In this document: piece by piece, positions 31,351 to 41,203 of the stretch | How the letters are laid out: each line of letters begins with the position of its first letter | Position numbering within the stretch: the first letter of the stretch is position 1 | Assembly (NCBI GenBank): GCA_018985235.1 | Contig: JADGIG010000024.1 | Location: 1-41,203 of the forward strand | Direction: 5' to 3' | DNA from: Sanchytrium tribonematis | Taxonomy: Eukaryota | Length of the DNA: 41,203 bases | The notes under the pieces: model-generated | Databases searched by the model: none | Seen by the model: only the letters and a program-made list of their open reading frames with translations | What the model was told of the DNA's origin: nothing | Program-made: the position numbers and the translations under genes

Positions 31351-34008
31351 TTAATCAATTAAGCCTTCAACGAATTCTTTAGATTGACTTAGCCTGGAGT
31401 ATACTATATTAACGGCAGTGTCCACTCCATTTTCATTACGAATTTGCTTTCCTAAAACTTCACATTTTTTCATCATGATTTCGTCTGAAGTAACTGCGAT
31501 AAATGCATCACACAACCTGTCGACAGTTAATTTTTTAATTGATACTCCAACTCCTAAATCCTCAATTCTGGTAGCCCAAAAAAATTGGTCACCAAAAAAC
31601 GGTTTTATGATAGTCGGTTTACCTGCACGTAGACCAGCAGCCGTGGTACCACTTCCACCATGGTGGCAAACCGCTGAGATTCTAGAAAATAACCAATCGT
31701 GTGGAATACTTTCTGTGATATACAAATGAGTAGAATAGTCGAAACCATCTGGCTCGAGTTCTGATCCGTTTCTTCCACTCCAACCTTTACAGACTACAGC
31801 TTTAATATTAGCCAATTTGACTGCCTCAAATAAGGTCCGAGTCAACTCATTCGGATCATCCACAATAATGCTACCAAATCCAATGTAAATAACAGGCGTT
31901 TTAGTATCAAAAAATCTCAATAAGTCCATAGGACATTCAAATGTTGAAGTATTTTCGGAAAACCAATAGCCGCAAACATGAGCAATATCTTGCCATTCAG
32001 GTGCACTTGGAACGACTGAAGGGCTAAATCCGTATAAAAAGGGTGCGTTAAGGTTTGTAAACGTTTTAGAGTGTAAGTTGAGCACCTTAGTTCGAAAATT
32101 ATCAAAGACATAATATCCAATATTCCACATCATCTGATCAAACAACACATAAGTAGAATAGTTATACCGTCCACCTAACGGCAAACTGGGTACTGCAAAA
32201 GGGTGTGGGTATTTTGTATTTCTAGTCCACGGCATCATAAATGCACGATAATAATACACTTGTAATTTTTCCGCAATATGTATTCCACCCAAAGATCCGC
32301 CACTCTCAATTAAAAGATCACAATCCAGGCAAGCCTCGTAACTTGTAACAAGAAGGTCATCCAGCCAAGATTTAAATTTTGTTAAAACTTCTCTGACAAA
32401 AGAAATGCTGAAAATTGAGTAATTGATACACAGTTTCATTATTTCTGCAGGCTCTCCCTTCACTTCCTTAAACCCTATATTTTCTGATTTGATCCAATCT
32501 TCATACTCTTTGTGAGTTGCTATATTGCAAGTATGGCCATCTTTTTGGAATCTTTTTGCCAATGCGATAAAAGGCTGAACATCTCCTCGACTTCCAATTG
32601 TAAGCATGGTAATACGCATTGGTTTAACGTCCAATTCGGTAGGAACATTGATTGCTAAAAGTGATTCATTTCTCACCATCTTAAAATTGGCGTCGCTGTT
32701 GTGAATATCATGAAGTATATCCCTCATTTCCAAATCCATTTTTTGCAAACTGTTTGACCTGACAAGATTGTGAAGCTGATTTTTTATAATTTTTTCGATT
32801 TGTATTCTCTTTTCTTGATCATAAAACTCAAATAGCAGCTGTTTTCCGTCAACAGTCAAAATCGTTAGTCCATTGTGAAGCGCATATCTGTGTTGCAACT
32901 CATCAATACTCATTATGTCACGTATAGGGATGACAGCTTTAAGTTTGAAGCCAGCCATACTTTTAAAGCACAAGAATCGTTCAGTCAAATATACGTTGCC
33001 ACGAATGGGTATCCATTTTATATAATACGAGACAGCCTTGATCAAAATTGTCTCGGTATTTGGAACAGGGAATTGTCTTAACTCATTTTCCTCCGATTTG
33101 AACCATTTGGTAAGCGGTGATAATATTTGACTGGGAGAATGAGCTATCTGCCATTTCGGTGAATGCTCCATCGCGCTGATTGATTTTCTATGCTTGAATT
33201 TCGGATTTAAGATAGTCTGAGAAGTGGAATTTGATAGCTGTCTCATACTGTTGGTCCTAATTTCAAGATCTGGCAAATTATCTTTAAGTGGGGAAGTGGG
33301 ACGATCAGTCTTGTAATTGGCTATGGCCATGTCAATCACTGTCATAAGTAGTTTATAGTCATAAAAATTGCAAAAGTAATATTCATCTTCCAAGTCAATA
33401 TCTTTAACGAAGCAAATTAAACATTCTGGTAAATCTTGAATGATTGAAGTGTGCTGAAGTTTAAGTATATTAGAATAAGGTATGACTACTTTTATATCAG
33501 TGCCGTTATGAATGTTGCTGAATGCAGCCCGCTGTATCACTTGCATCCATTCTTTTAAAGATTCTGTTGTTGGACAATTAAATGTATAATTTTTTGTGCA
33601 AGTTGCGATCCTGAAAACTCTTGGTTTACTTTTCGAAGTGGTAATTTGTGCAATTTCACTCAGTAGTATTGAATTAATTGGAAAATATAGATTATTTGGA
33701 GTCTCAAACCATGACAATTCGTTATTTCGTAAAATAAAATAATATTGTTTGTATTGCTTTGTCCTCCGACTCTTTTTATACATCCAACCTTGATGACTTA
33801 TTTTCTCTCGCTGATTTAAGGTTGCATGAAAGCACAAATGGGAGTGCAACACGTACAATGTACCTTTGAGGAAAACATTTTTCAACAAATAACATTCAAA
33901 ATCTCTTATCAATTCATCCTCATTTCTTAAATCGAAAAAATCCTTTATTCTGCTATTGTAATCATTTGATTTTGTGTCGATTGACATTGAACTAAATGAA
34001 GATTCCAT
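31351..34008 (-). CDS. ATG26: sterol 3-beta-glucosyltransferase (GRAM-PH-GRAM-glycosyltransferase)
   Basis: GRAM and PH domains followed by TIGSRGDVQPF, YIGFGSI, PHDWLF, HHGGSGTTAAGLRAGKPTIIKPFFGDQFFW. Confidence 0.93.
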   Translation of the reverse strand: MESSFSSMSIDTKSNDYNSRIKDFFDLRNEDELIRDFECYLLKNVFLKGTLYVLHSHLCFHATLNQREKISHQGWMYKKSRRTKQYKQYYFILRNNELSWFETPNNLYFPINSILLSEIAQITTSKSKPRVFRIATCTKNYTFNCPTTESLKEWMQVIQRAAFSNIHNGTDIKVVIPYSNILKLQHTSIIQDLPECLICFVKDIDLEDEYYFCNFYDYKLLMTVIDMAIANYKTDRPTSPLKDNLPDLEIRTNSMRQLSNSTSQTILNPKFKHRKSISAMEHSPKWQIAHSPSQILSPLTKWFKSEENELRQFPVPNTETILIKAVSYYIKWIPIRGNVYLTERFLCFKSMAGFKLKAVIPIRDIMSIDELQHRYALHNGLTILTVDGKQLLFEFYDQEKRIQIEKIIKNQLHNLVRSNSLQKMDLEMRDILHDIHNSDANFKMVRNESLLAINVPTELDVKPMRITMLTIGSRGDVQPFIALAKRFQKDGHTCNIATHKEYEDWIKSENIGFKEVKGEPAEIMKLCINYSIFSISFVREVLTKFKSWLDDLLVTSYEACLDCDLLIESGGSLGGIHIAEKLQVYYYRAFMMPWTRNTKYPHPFAVPSLPLGGRYNYSTYVLFDQMMWNIGYYVFDNFRTKVLNLHSKTFTNLNAPFLYGFSPSVVPSAPEWQDIAHVCGYWFSENTSTFECPMDLLRFFDTKTPVIYIGFGSIIVDDPNELTRTLFEAVKLANIKAVVCKGWSGRNGSELEPDGFDYSTHLYITESIPHDWLFSRISAVCHHGGSGTTAAGLRAGKPTIIKPFFGDQFFWATRIEDLGVGVSIKKLTVDRLCDAFIAVTSDEIMMKKCEVLGKQIRNENGVDTAVNIVYSRLSQSKEFVEGLID

Positions 34009-34187
34009 ATAAAATTTTTGGTTTCAGTCGCTCCTGATACAAAATCATACTCAATTACAGGATGATTTATCGAAAATACTTGATTTTCTGCTTGCGTAAT
34101 CCACAAAACATTCTGAAAAACGTTTTAATTTGACAAAATTGCCAATGATGCAATAAATGACGAAAGCAAAGTTGACTAGAGAACTCC

Positions 34188-37169
34188 ATGATACTCTTGA
34201 CTCTTATTGCTGCAACTTTTAAAGTGTTTGGATCTCATTTTCAAATCAATGGGATACCCACTTTATTACGTTCTGGATCTCTACAATGGTACCGTCTTGA
34301 TAAATCACAATGGAAAGATAGACTTTCAAAACTTTCAGCCATTTATAATGTTTTGGAAATGTATGTAAGCTGGCAATATATAGAACCACGTCCAAATGAA
34401 TTCCAATTGGATGATTTAAAGGAATTTTTACAATTGGCAAGTGAATATCCCATTTATATCTATATAAGACCTGGGCCGTATATATGCAACGAGGAAAATA
34501 GCGGAGGGTTTCCAGGTTGGGTAATTGCAAATAGCAACAAAATTATCAACCCAGACAGACCAGATGGAATGTATGCCTTGCGAACAAATGACTATGACTA
34601 TTTAAAAATAGTGGAGCGATATTTTGATGCGATAAATCAGGTAATTCAGCCACACCTCATTACCCAAGGTGGTAAGATCATTTTGTATCAAATTGAAAAT
34701 GAGTTTGACCACTATGAAAAAATATTTGAGATTGAGAAGGCAAGTGTATATAATGGGGAACCAGAAAGGCCTTTAGATTCCACTTTAGATACTAAAGACA
34801 TGTTTGATAAGCTTAGAACTATTGTTGAAAAATATATAGACATTCCTTTGAATACTTGCCCCGGAACAATAGATATTGATGGAATGGGTAATGCGGAGCA
34901 AATTATGCCATTTCCTAATTATTATAAAGACGCAAACATTTTAGAATACGTCGGTATGAATTACAAACACAAACAGCAACAAAAATCAAATTACCTTAAT
35001 TTTCCATCAGGTATCACAGAAACATTCAGGAGTGCTAGTACAATCAGTAGATTTATAATAAGTGGAATGGACATGGTCAATAATTTTAACGCGTTTGGAA
35101 TGGCTTCCTCTGGGCGTAAAAACAGTATGATAGGGCATTTCCCTGGAGTAGTTGATACAGATGTAGCTGAGCTGTGGAAAATTTTTCGAATTTTGTTTCC
35201 ATTTAAAGATATTAGAGACTTTAGAACATTATACTTTCAATTTCCAATTGGATTGTTTCCATCGGTGGTTGATTTTAATGGAGTTGTAAGTCCAAGTGGA
35301 TTGTTGCGTCTTCATTTTTTTAATATGCGACGCTTGCACTTATTCTACGAAACGTTCCAGCATCTTATTGCTCCAGTTCAGAGATGTAAACGAAGTGTTA
35401 CTGGATCACAGCAATATGAAATTAAAAATTTTTCGAATGATGTTGTAGTTAGAAACGGTCTTGTTGGAAGCAAAGACCCCGATTCAAAAGGTAAAAGGGT
35501 AGTTTATTGGCTCGAGACCGGTTTAAAAAGTGCTTTTGTAGGCCTTTTGAGTGAAGATAGGTCTATCACTATCGAGGCTAACACCATTCAAGCATACAAT
35601 ATAACGTTTCCAAGATATCCATTCGTTATTCCCAAAGAGGACTTTGTGAAATTAGAAATTCCACAAAATCACATAAATGCTAATAGCGATGACTTTTATC
35701 TGATGCACATTCCATTAAATATCCAGTTGCATCCTTTGTATAAAATTAGATATTCCACCGCAGAAGTCTTGCACTACAAGGATGGTTTGCTTCTATTATA
35801 TGGAATGGAAGGTACTCGTGCAGAAATTGAACTACTTGTTAAGGGCAGCTTTCAATTTAATGAGAGCAAAATGAAGTCCAGCACTAAATTTGACGAAACA
35901 TGGAATTCTGTGTTTTTTACTTTTATGATTCCATTCGAAATGCCTATTACCAGAAAAATACAATTTTCGAATCATACTTTGACTATAATTATTATGAACA
36001 GACGGTTAAGTGGCCAAACTTACTTTCATAAAGACGGTGTAATTATGGGGGTGGATTTTTATGACCCTAGCTTAAATGAAATACAAGTCAGCGCACAATC
36101 TTCATTTTATTATTACGGTGACTCAAAGTTGAATCCTGCATATGGGCTTCTTCGGAACGGCACGATCAAGGAGTATTCAGTTATGGCAAAGCATTTTCAA
36201 TTTTCAGCAAATCTGAACATAGCTACTATTTTAAAAGAGCCAACTCCCAGAAACTTGGACTACAGTCCGATTCCTTTGGGGAAAATCCCAGAGCAGTATA
36301 ATGTCACTGAGGGATACATATATTATCAGTCAGAAATAGTTTTGGATAAAGTGAAAAGAAACAACAAATTATACATCGAACACGCTTCTGATTTTATCAG
36401 TATCTTTGTAAATAGTAATTTTGTGATAGCATTAGTTCCAATAGGATCAAGAATTAAAAGCGACGATGGAAGTTTTCGATACAAATTTAAGATTCCTTCA
36501 AAGCTTTTAAAAATTGGTAAAAACTCTATAACAATCAGAGCTGATATATGGGGTAGAGGTAGCTTCTTATTTCCGAGAGGAAAAGTTGGTTATTTGCCAG
36601 TATTCAATACGCAGATACCGCTTGGATTTAAAGTGCAAATGGGTATGCTAGGTTTTGATGGCATTAAAGGAATATATGGAGAAACGAAATTCAATGACGA
36701 TGAAATTGTTTGGAAATATAAAATAGGCTTAATTGGCGAGGATAATAGATATTTTGACAACTTTAATAATTCGACAAAGGTTAAATATCCATTATATATT
36801 CCATCTGGGGAAGTGCAATTTATCAACTATATAGTCGAAATTCCTTCTAAAATTCCTTTAACCTTGAAATTGTTAGGCTCAAACTTAAAAGCTGATATTT
36901 ATATGAATGGCAAAATACAAGGGAGATGGATTAGTGACGATGAATGGCTTAAAAAGGGTAGCTCATTTCAAATTGACAGAAGTGCGCTGTCACTCATGAA
37001 CATGGACCATTTTCCAATTCCAAAATGTGATAACCTTAAGTTAAGTCTTATTGTAGATAGCAAAAATGGTGGAAAGCTCGATAGGGTTGAAATAGGTCTA
37101 CCTGAAGAACAGATAAAATCTGATGGCTCGACTTATTATTTACCTAGTTCTCGTATAAGTCTTGAATAA
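34188..37169 (+). CDS. GH35 beta-galactosidase-like glycoside hydrolase, probably secreted (993 aa)
   Basis: SGSLQWYR, MYVSW, IRPGPYICNE...GGFPGW, GGKIILYQIENE (acid/base motif); short hydrophobic N-terminus. Confidence 0.85.
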   Translation: MILLTLIAATFKVFGSHFQINGIPTLLRSGSLQWYRLDKSQWKDRLSKLSAIYNVLEMYVSWQYIEPRPNEFQLDDLKEFLQLASEYPIYIYIRPGPYICNEENSGGFPGWVIANSNKIINPDRPDGMYALRTNDYDYLKIVERYFDAINQVIQPHLITQGGKIILYQIENEFDHYEKIFEIEKASVYNGEPERPLDSTLDTKDMFDKLRTIVEKYIDIPLNTCPGTIDIDGMGNAEQIMPFPNYYKDANILEYVGMNYKHKQQQKSNYLNFPSGITETFRSASTISRFIISGMDMVNNFNAFGMASSGRKNSMIGHFPGVVDTDVAELWKIFRILFPFKDIRDFRTLYFQFPIGLFPSVVDFNGVVSPSGLLRLHFFNMRRLHLFYETFQHLIAPVQRCKRSVTGSQQYEIKNFSNDVVVRNGLVGSKDPDSKGKRVVYWLETGLKSAFVGLLSEDRSITIEANTIQAYNITFPRYPFVIPKEDFVKLEIPQNHINANSDDFYLMHIPLNIQLHPLYKIRYSTAEVLHYKDGLLLLYGMEGTRAEIELLVKGSFQFNESKMKSSTKFDETWNSVFFTFMIPFEMPITRKIQFSNHTLTIIIMNRRLSGQTYFHKDGVIMGVDFYDPSLNEIQVSAQSSFYYYGDSKLNPAYGLLRNGTIKEYSVMAKHFQFSANLNIATILKEPTPRNLDYSPIPLGKIPEQYNVTEGYIYYQSEIVLDKVKRNNKLYIEHASDFISIFVNSNFVIALVPIGSRIKSDDGSFRYKFKIPSKLLKIGKNSITIRADIWGRGSFLFPRGKVGYLPVFNTQIPLGFKVQMGMLGFDGIKGIYGETKFNDDEIVWKYKIGLIGEDNRYFDNFNNSTKVKYPLYIPSGEVQFINYIVEIPSKIPLTLKLLGSNLKADIYMNGKIQGRWISDDEWLKKGSSFQIDRSALSLMNMDHFPIPKCDNLKLSLIVDSKNGGKLDRVEIGLPEEQIKSDGSTYYLPSSRISLE

Positions 37170-37208
37170 ATTTAGTAGGCTTTGCAGAGTGCCCCTTGTT
37201 TATTGTAA

Positions 37209-38628
37209 ATGCAGATCCCCTTTGTGCGCCGTTTGAATTTGATGACCCGTGCTATGCTGCAAACTTCTTTAAAGAACAGCGACCCAACACTTTACAATCT
37301 TATCAAAAAAGAAGAAGACCGACAATTTAGCTGTTTGGAATTGATTGCTTCTGAAAATTTCACTAGTCAGGCTGTTATGGAAGCAAATGGTAGTTGTTTG
37401 ACTAACAAATACAGCGAAGGACTTCCAAATCATAGATACTATGGTGGAAATGAATTTGTTGATCAAATAGAAGAGCTCTGTATTTCTAGAGCTCTCAAAG
37501 CATTTCGCTTGAAAGAGTCTGAATGGGCTGTGAATGTCCAACCATATAGTGGTAGTCCTGCTAATTTTGCAGCATTTACAGCTGTCTTAAAACCTCATGA
37601 TCGTATAATGGGCTTGGATCTTCCAAGTGGAGGACATTTGACCCATGGATTTCAAACATTAAAGAAAAGAATAAGTGCATCTAGTATTTACTTCGAAAGC
37701 ATGCCTTATCAAGTCGACGAAGAAACTGGGCTTATTGATTATGAACAGTTGCGCAAAAATGCATTATTGTTTAAGCCTAAACTTATTATTTGTGGTGCAA
37801 GTGCATACCCCAGAGACTTTGACTATCAAAAACTAAGAGAAATAGCCAACAGTGTCAATGCACTTTTAATGTGTGATATGGCTCATTTCAGTGGTCTTGT
37901 TGCTTCGCAAGAACTGACAAACCCATTTGATTATTGTGATTTGATTACAACAACAACTCATAAAACTTTAAGAGGGCCTAGAGCAGGTATGATATTTTGT
38001 AAAAAAGGAATTCAAATTGATGGCGAGGCTGCTCACGATCGAGTCAACCAAGCGGTTTTTCCAGCTTGTCAGGGTGGCCCGCATAACCACGCAATTGCAG
38101 GTGTGGCTACTGCTCTCCTGCAGGTAGATTCTGACGAATTCAAAGAATATTCAAGACAGGTCAAAGCTAACGCCAGCGCACTGGCTGAAAAGCTCAAGTC
38201 ATTTGGATACAAGTTGGTTACTAATGGTACTGAAAATCACTTGGTGCTTTGGGATTTGAGACCTAGCGGAATTACTGGTAGTAAAATGGAAAAGATATGC
38301 GATGCAGTAAGGTACATTTGATTGACTTAGTATAACGTTAAACAAAAACTCTGTTCATGGTGATAAGTCAGCTATGAACCCTGGAGGTGTAAGAATCGGT
38401 TCCCCAGCTTTAACAAGCAGACAGTTTAAAATTTCTGATTTTGAGAAGGTGGCACAATTTCTTCACGAAGCATGTCAATTGACCATCAAAATTCAAACTG
38501 AATGTGGAAGTAAGAAGCTGGTCGATTTTGTAACTGCTATTAAAAATTATCCTGAAGTGGATGAGCTAAAAGCAAAAGTCGAGCAATTTGCTCGATCATT
38601 TCCAATGCCAGGGGTCTCACTTGAGTAA
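37209..38628 (+). CDS. SHMT: serine hydroxymethyltransferase; 2 exons (37209-38311, 38331-38628), 466 aa
   Basis: [25 protein letters not shown]. The spliced junction reads [28 protein letters not shown], matching the conserved sequence. Confidence 0.97.
38312..38330 (+). other. 19-nt GT-AG spliceosomal intron
   Basis: GTACATTTGATTGACTTAG, with a TTGAC branch-like motif. Removal restores the conserved I.LNKN motif. Confidence 0.95.
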
Positions 38629-38640
38629 ATTTTTATTGAA

Positions 38641-40123
38641 TCAGCTATGGTTTTTAAACATATCAATGGCTTTTTGACGTACCTGGGAATGGTCAACCAT
38701 AGGAGGGAAATATCCTAAATTTTCTAATTGCGAAGGGGAATAATATTTCCAAGGTTCGTGAATTTCTTTTCTCTTTAAAGCGGCGAGTTCCGGGCAATGT
38801 TCTTTAATAAATTTCCCATCCGGATCAAATCTAGAGCTTTGACTAGATGGATTAAAAATCCTAAAATATGGCTGTGAGTCTGTCCCCGTAGAAGCACTCC
38901 ATTGCCTGAATTAAATTTTGATACCATCCTCCATTATTTGAAGCCAGATTGCCATCAATCAAATGGCACATAAAGTGCTCCTCACCCTTCCTCCAGTCAA
39001 TTAATAAATCCTTAACTAAAAAGCTGCTGACCACCATTCTCAGTCGATTATGCATCCATCCCGTTTTCAATAATTGTCTCATTGCAGCATCCACAATAGG
39101 AAAGCCAGTTTTTCCTTCTTTCCATTTCTCAAAGTCCTCCTCGTCTTCATTCCAAGGAAGACTTTTATATATTTTTTTAAATGGAAGGCTCTTGCAAACA
39201 TGAGGAAATGAGACCAAAATATGATTATAAAAGTCTCTCCAACATAACTCATTGATCCAAGTTACTATACCCTCATTACCAGAATCAAATTGGTTAGAGT
39301 TCTTCGCTAAAGCCAAAGCTAAACATGTTCGAGCACTTAAAATGCCACCTGATAGGTAGTGGCTTAGTCTACTAGTTCCATCTTTATAAGGAAAATCACG
39401 ATCACTTTTGTAACGGGAAATTCTTGATTGTACAAAACTCAAAAGATTTTGAAAAGCTTTATCTTCACCTGGCTCATAATCTTTAGAAGAGACGTCAAAC
39501 CCAGGAATACTTGGTACAATTTCTGAATACTCCTTCATAAAGATTTTGTTCGGACTTGGATCTTTGACTACTTCAATGTATTTCGGGTTTTCTCCAATGA
39601 CTTTAAACCATCGTTTCTTGAATGGTGTGAAAACGGTCGACGTTTTCCCACTACTCTTTGCTATAACTGAATTTGGAGGACATATACAAAAGTCGTCGAA
39701 ATCATGAAATTCAACCTCGATTAAAGACAAAGCTTCCTTGGATTTTCTATCTCTCACAATTTCGTCGACCTCATATTCTTTATTGCAAAACACAGCTGCT
39801 ACCTGTAATTCTTCGCATATTTTCGTCAACTCAGATGGAATGTCTTCGAATTTATCCACAGTTCTAACCAATAGTGGAATTTTTAATCCCTTCAGGTTTT
39901 TCTGCAGATCCTTAAGGCAATTAAGCCAAAAATCAATTTTTATAGGTGCTTCACTGTGTTGCTTCCATTCCAAAGGTGTGGCGAAATAAATTGTCAACAA
40001 ATCTCCATTTTTTGCAAATTGCGATGCTTCATACAACGCAGTGTTATCTTTTAATCGTAAATCCCGCCTGAACCAGTGAAGAGCACGACCATCTAACTTC
40101 GACGATAGTTTGACTTTTTTCAT
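38641..40123 (-). CDS. PHR1: class I CPD DNA photolyase; 2 exons (40123-38925, 38905-38641), 487 aa
   Basis: HWFRRDLRL.DN; TSRLS.YL; ELCWRDFY; GWMHNRLRM. After splicing: SNNGGW|QWSASTGTDSQPYFRIFNP...FDPDG.FI. Confidence 0.95.
38906..38924 (-). other. 19-nt GT-AG spliceosomal intron
   Basis: GTATCAAAATTTAATTCAG. Removal restores the conserved NNGGWQWSAS motif. Confidence 0.96.
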
Positions 40124-40264
40124 TCGTTTTAGATTAATCTCATTGGAAAATCGCTTAAAATTCAAATGTGGCAAAATAGTCCTAATATTTGGATCAAAGT
40201 CACGCCCGTCGGTCTGCCGACAGACTGTAATAATAGCATGAACCTTCTATGCTTGTTTAGAGAT

Positions 40265-41203
40265 TTATTTTCTGTTTTTAGTAACCTGATAAATCGAATC
40301 TGCCAAGTACTGCACATTTGAACTGGAAACACCAGCCATTGAAATTCTACCATCTTTTGTCAAATAAACCGAATATTTGGATTTTAACATTTCTACTTCC
40401 TCTGGGTTAAGACCAGAATAGCAAAACATTCCAATCTGATCAGTAATATGCTTCCAGCTCAGACTAGAACCCATCTCTTCCAAATGCCCTTTGAGGCCAG
40501 ATCTCATCTTGAAAATTCGACTGCTCATAGTTTTAAGATCGCTATGCCATTGATTTTTCAATTCCTTGTTACTTAAAACTAGCGATACTAATCTACTACC
40601 ATGAATCGGTGGATTAGAATACATAGGTCTGATAACTCTTTTTAATTGGCTCATAACTCGCTGTTTTTCGTTAATATCCTTACAAGCAATACTCAAAGTT
40701 CCTACCCGTTCCCCGTAAAGCCCGAAATTTTTTGCAAAAGATTGACATACAAGTAATCCCGATAATCGATCAGAATGATTTTGAAACATTCTTAGAGCTG
40801 AGGCGTCCTTTGATGGATCGCCGCTGCTGAATCCCTGGTATGCCATATCGAATAAAACAACGTGCTTTTTCTTAGACACTACTTCGAGAATTTCTTTCCA
40901 TTGCTCTGACGTAGGATCTACTCCAGTAGGGTTGTGAGCACATGCATGCAAAAGCACAATGCAACCATCTGCAATTTTGCTCAAGTCTTCAATAAGACCT
41001 CCAAAATCTAACCCATTGGTTTTTGGATCGAAATATCGATAAGACTTGACATCTAGTCCACTATTTTTAAAAATAGGAACATGATTTCCCCAAGTTGGTG
41101 TTGGTAAATATATTGGTTTTTGATAGTAGGTTTTGAAGAATTCACCTGCAACTCTCAATGCACCAGTTCCAGATATCGTTTGAGTTGTTGCGATATTGTC
41201 AAA
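40265..41203 (-). CDS. aspartate aminotransferase, probably mitochondrial type; 5' part lies outside the window
   Basis: The frame is open to the window edge (..QTISGTGALR); LHACAHNPTGVDP, FDMAYQGF, QSFAKNFGLYGERVG, ITDQIGMFC, LTKDGRISMAG. Confidence 0.95.
   Translation of the reverse strand, partial: FDNIATTQTISGTGALRVAGEFFKTYYQKPIYLPTPTWGNHVPIFKNSGLDVKSYRYFDPKTNGLDFGGLIEDLSKIADGCIVLLHACAHNPTGVDPTSEQWKEILEVVSKKKHVVLFDMAYQGFSSGDPSKDASALRMFQNHSDRLSGLLVCQSFAKNFGLYGERVGTLSIACKDINEKQRVMSQLKRVIRPMYSNPPIHGSRLVSLVLSNKELKNQWHSDLKTMSSRIFKMRSGLKGHLEEMGSSLSWKHITDQIGMFCYSGLNPEEVEMLKSKYSVYLTKDGRISMAGVSSSNVQYLADSIYQVTKNRK

Noticed and set aside
4552..40123. Apparent frameshifts, pseudogenes or programmed frameshifting in five genes
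   Set aside because: Each break contains a GT...AG 19-mer with a shared consensus whose exact removal restores the expected residues, so splicing explains them better.
423..41203. Alternative genetic code (stop reassignment)
   Set aside because: Conserved genes translate fully in the standard code with no internal stops once introns are removed. The absence of TAG stops is explainable by AT bias and small sample size.
1..41203. tRNA, rRNA, snRNA, CRISPR arrays or transposase genes
   Set aside because: No diagnostic motifs found by eye; a covariance-model search would be needed to exclude divergent ncRNAs.

Overview
AT-rich, very compact eukaryotic nuclear DNA in the standard genetic code. 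The gene content (ATG26-type sterol glucosyltransferase, CBM19-like modules, PTEN-C2 formin, fungal-type DOCK, myosin regulatory light chain) suggests an early-diverging fungus with a reduced genome; this is an inference. About 16 clear genes plus a few micro-ORFs are present: RAD2/XPG, a divergent CDC45, a secreted LPMO-like protein with 11 CBM19-like modules, a PLD-like plus ADP-ribosyltransferase-like fusion, condensin CAP-D2, myosin RLC, an orphan, a renalase-like oxidoreductase, DOCK GEF, formin, RPS8, ATG26, GH35, SHMT, class I photolyase and a partial aspartate aminotransferase. The main finding is that five genes that look frameshifted in the ORF track are each repaired by removing one intron of exactly 19 nt. 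All five share the consensus GTA-N8-TNAYTYAG with an invariant branch-point-like A at -6, and all lie in the last quarter of their gene. Other highlights are a formin ending in a WASP/WAVE-like acidic-Trp tail, a 44-aa stand-alone DnaJ-type zinc finger, 9-residue signal peptides, and poly(A)-like signals fused to stop codons. All family assignments come from motif recognition by eye, not from database searches.
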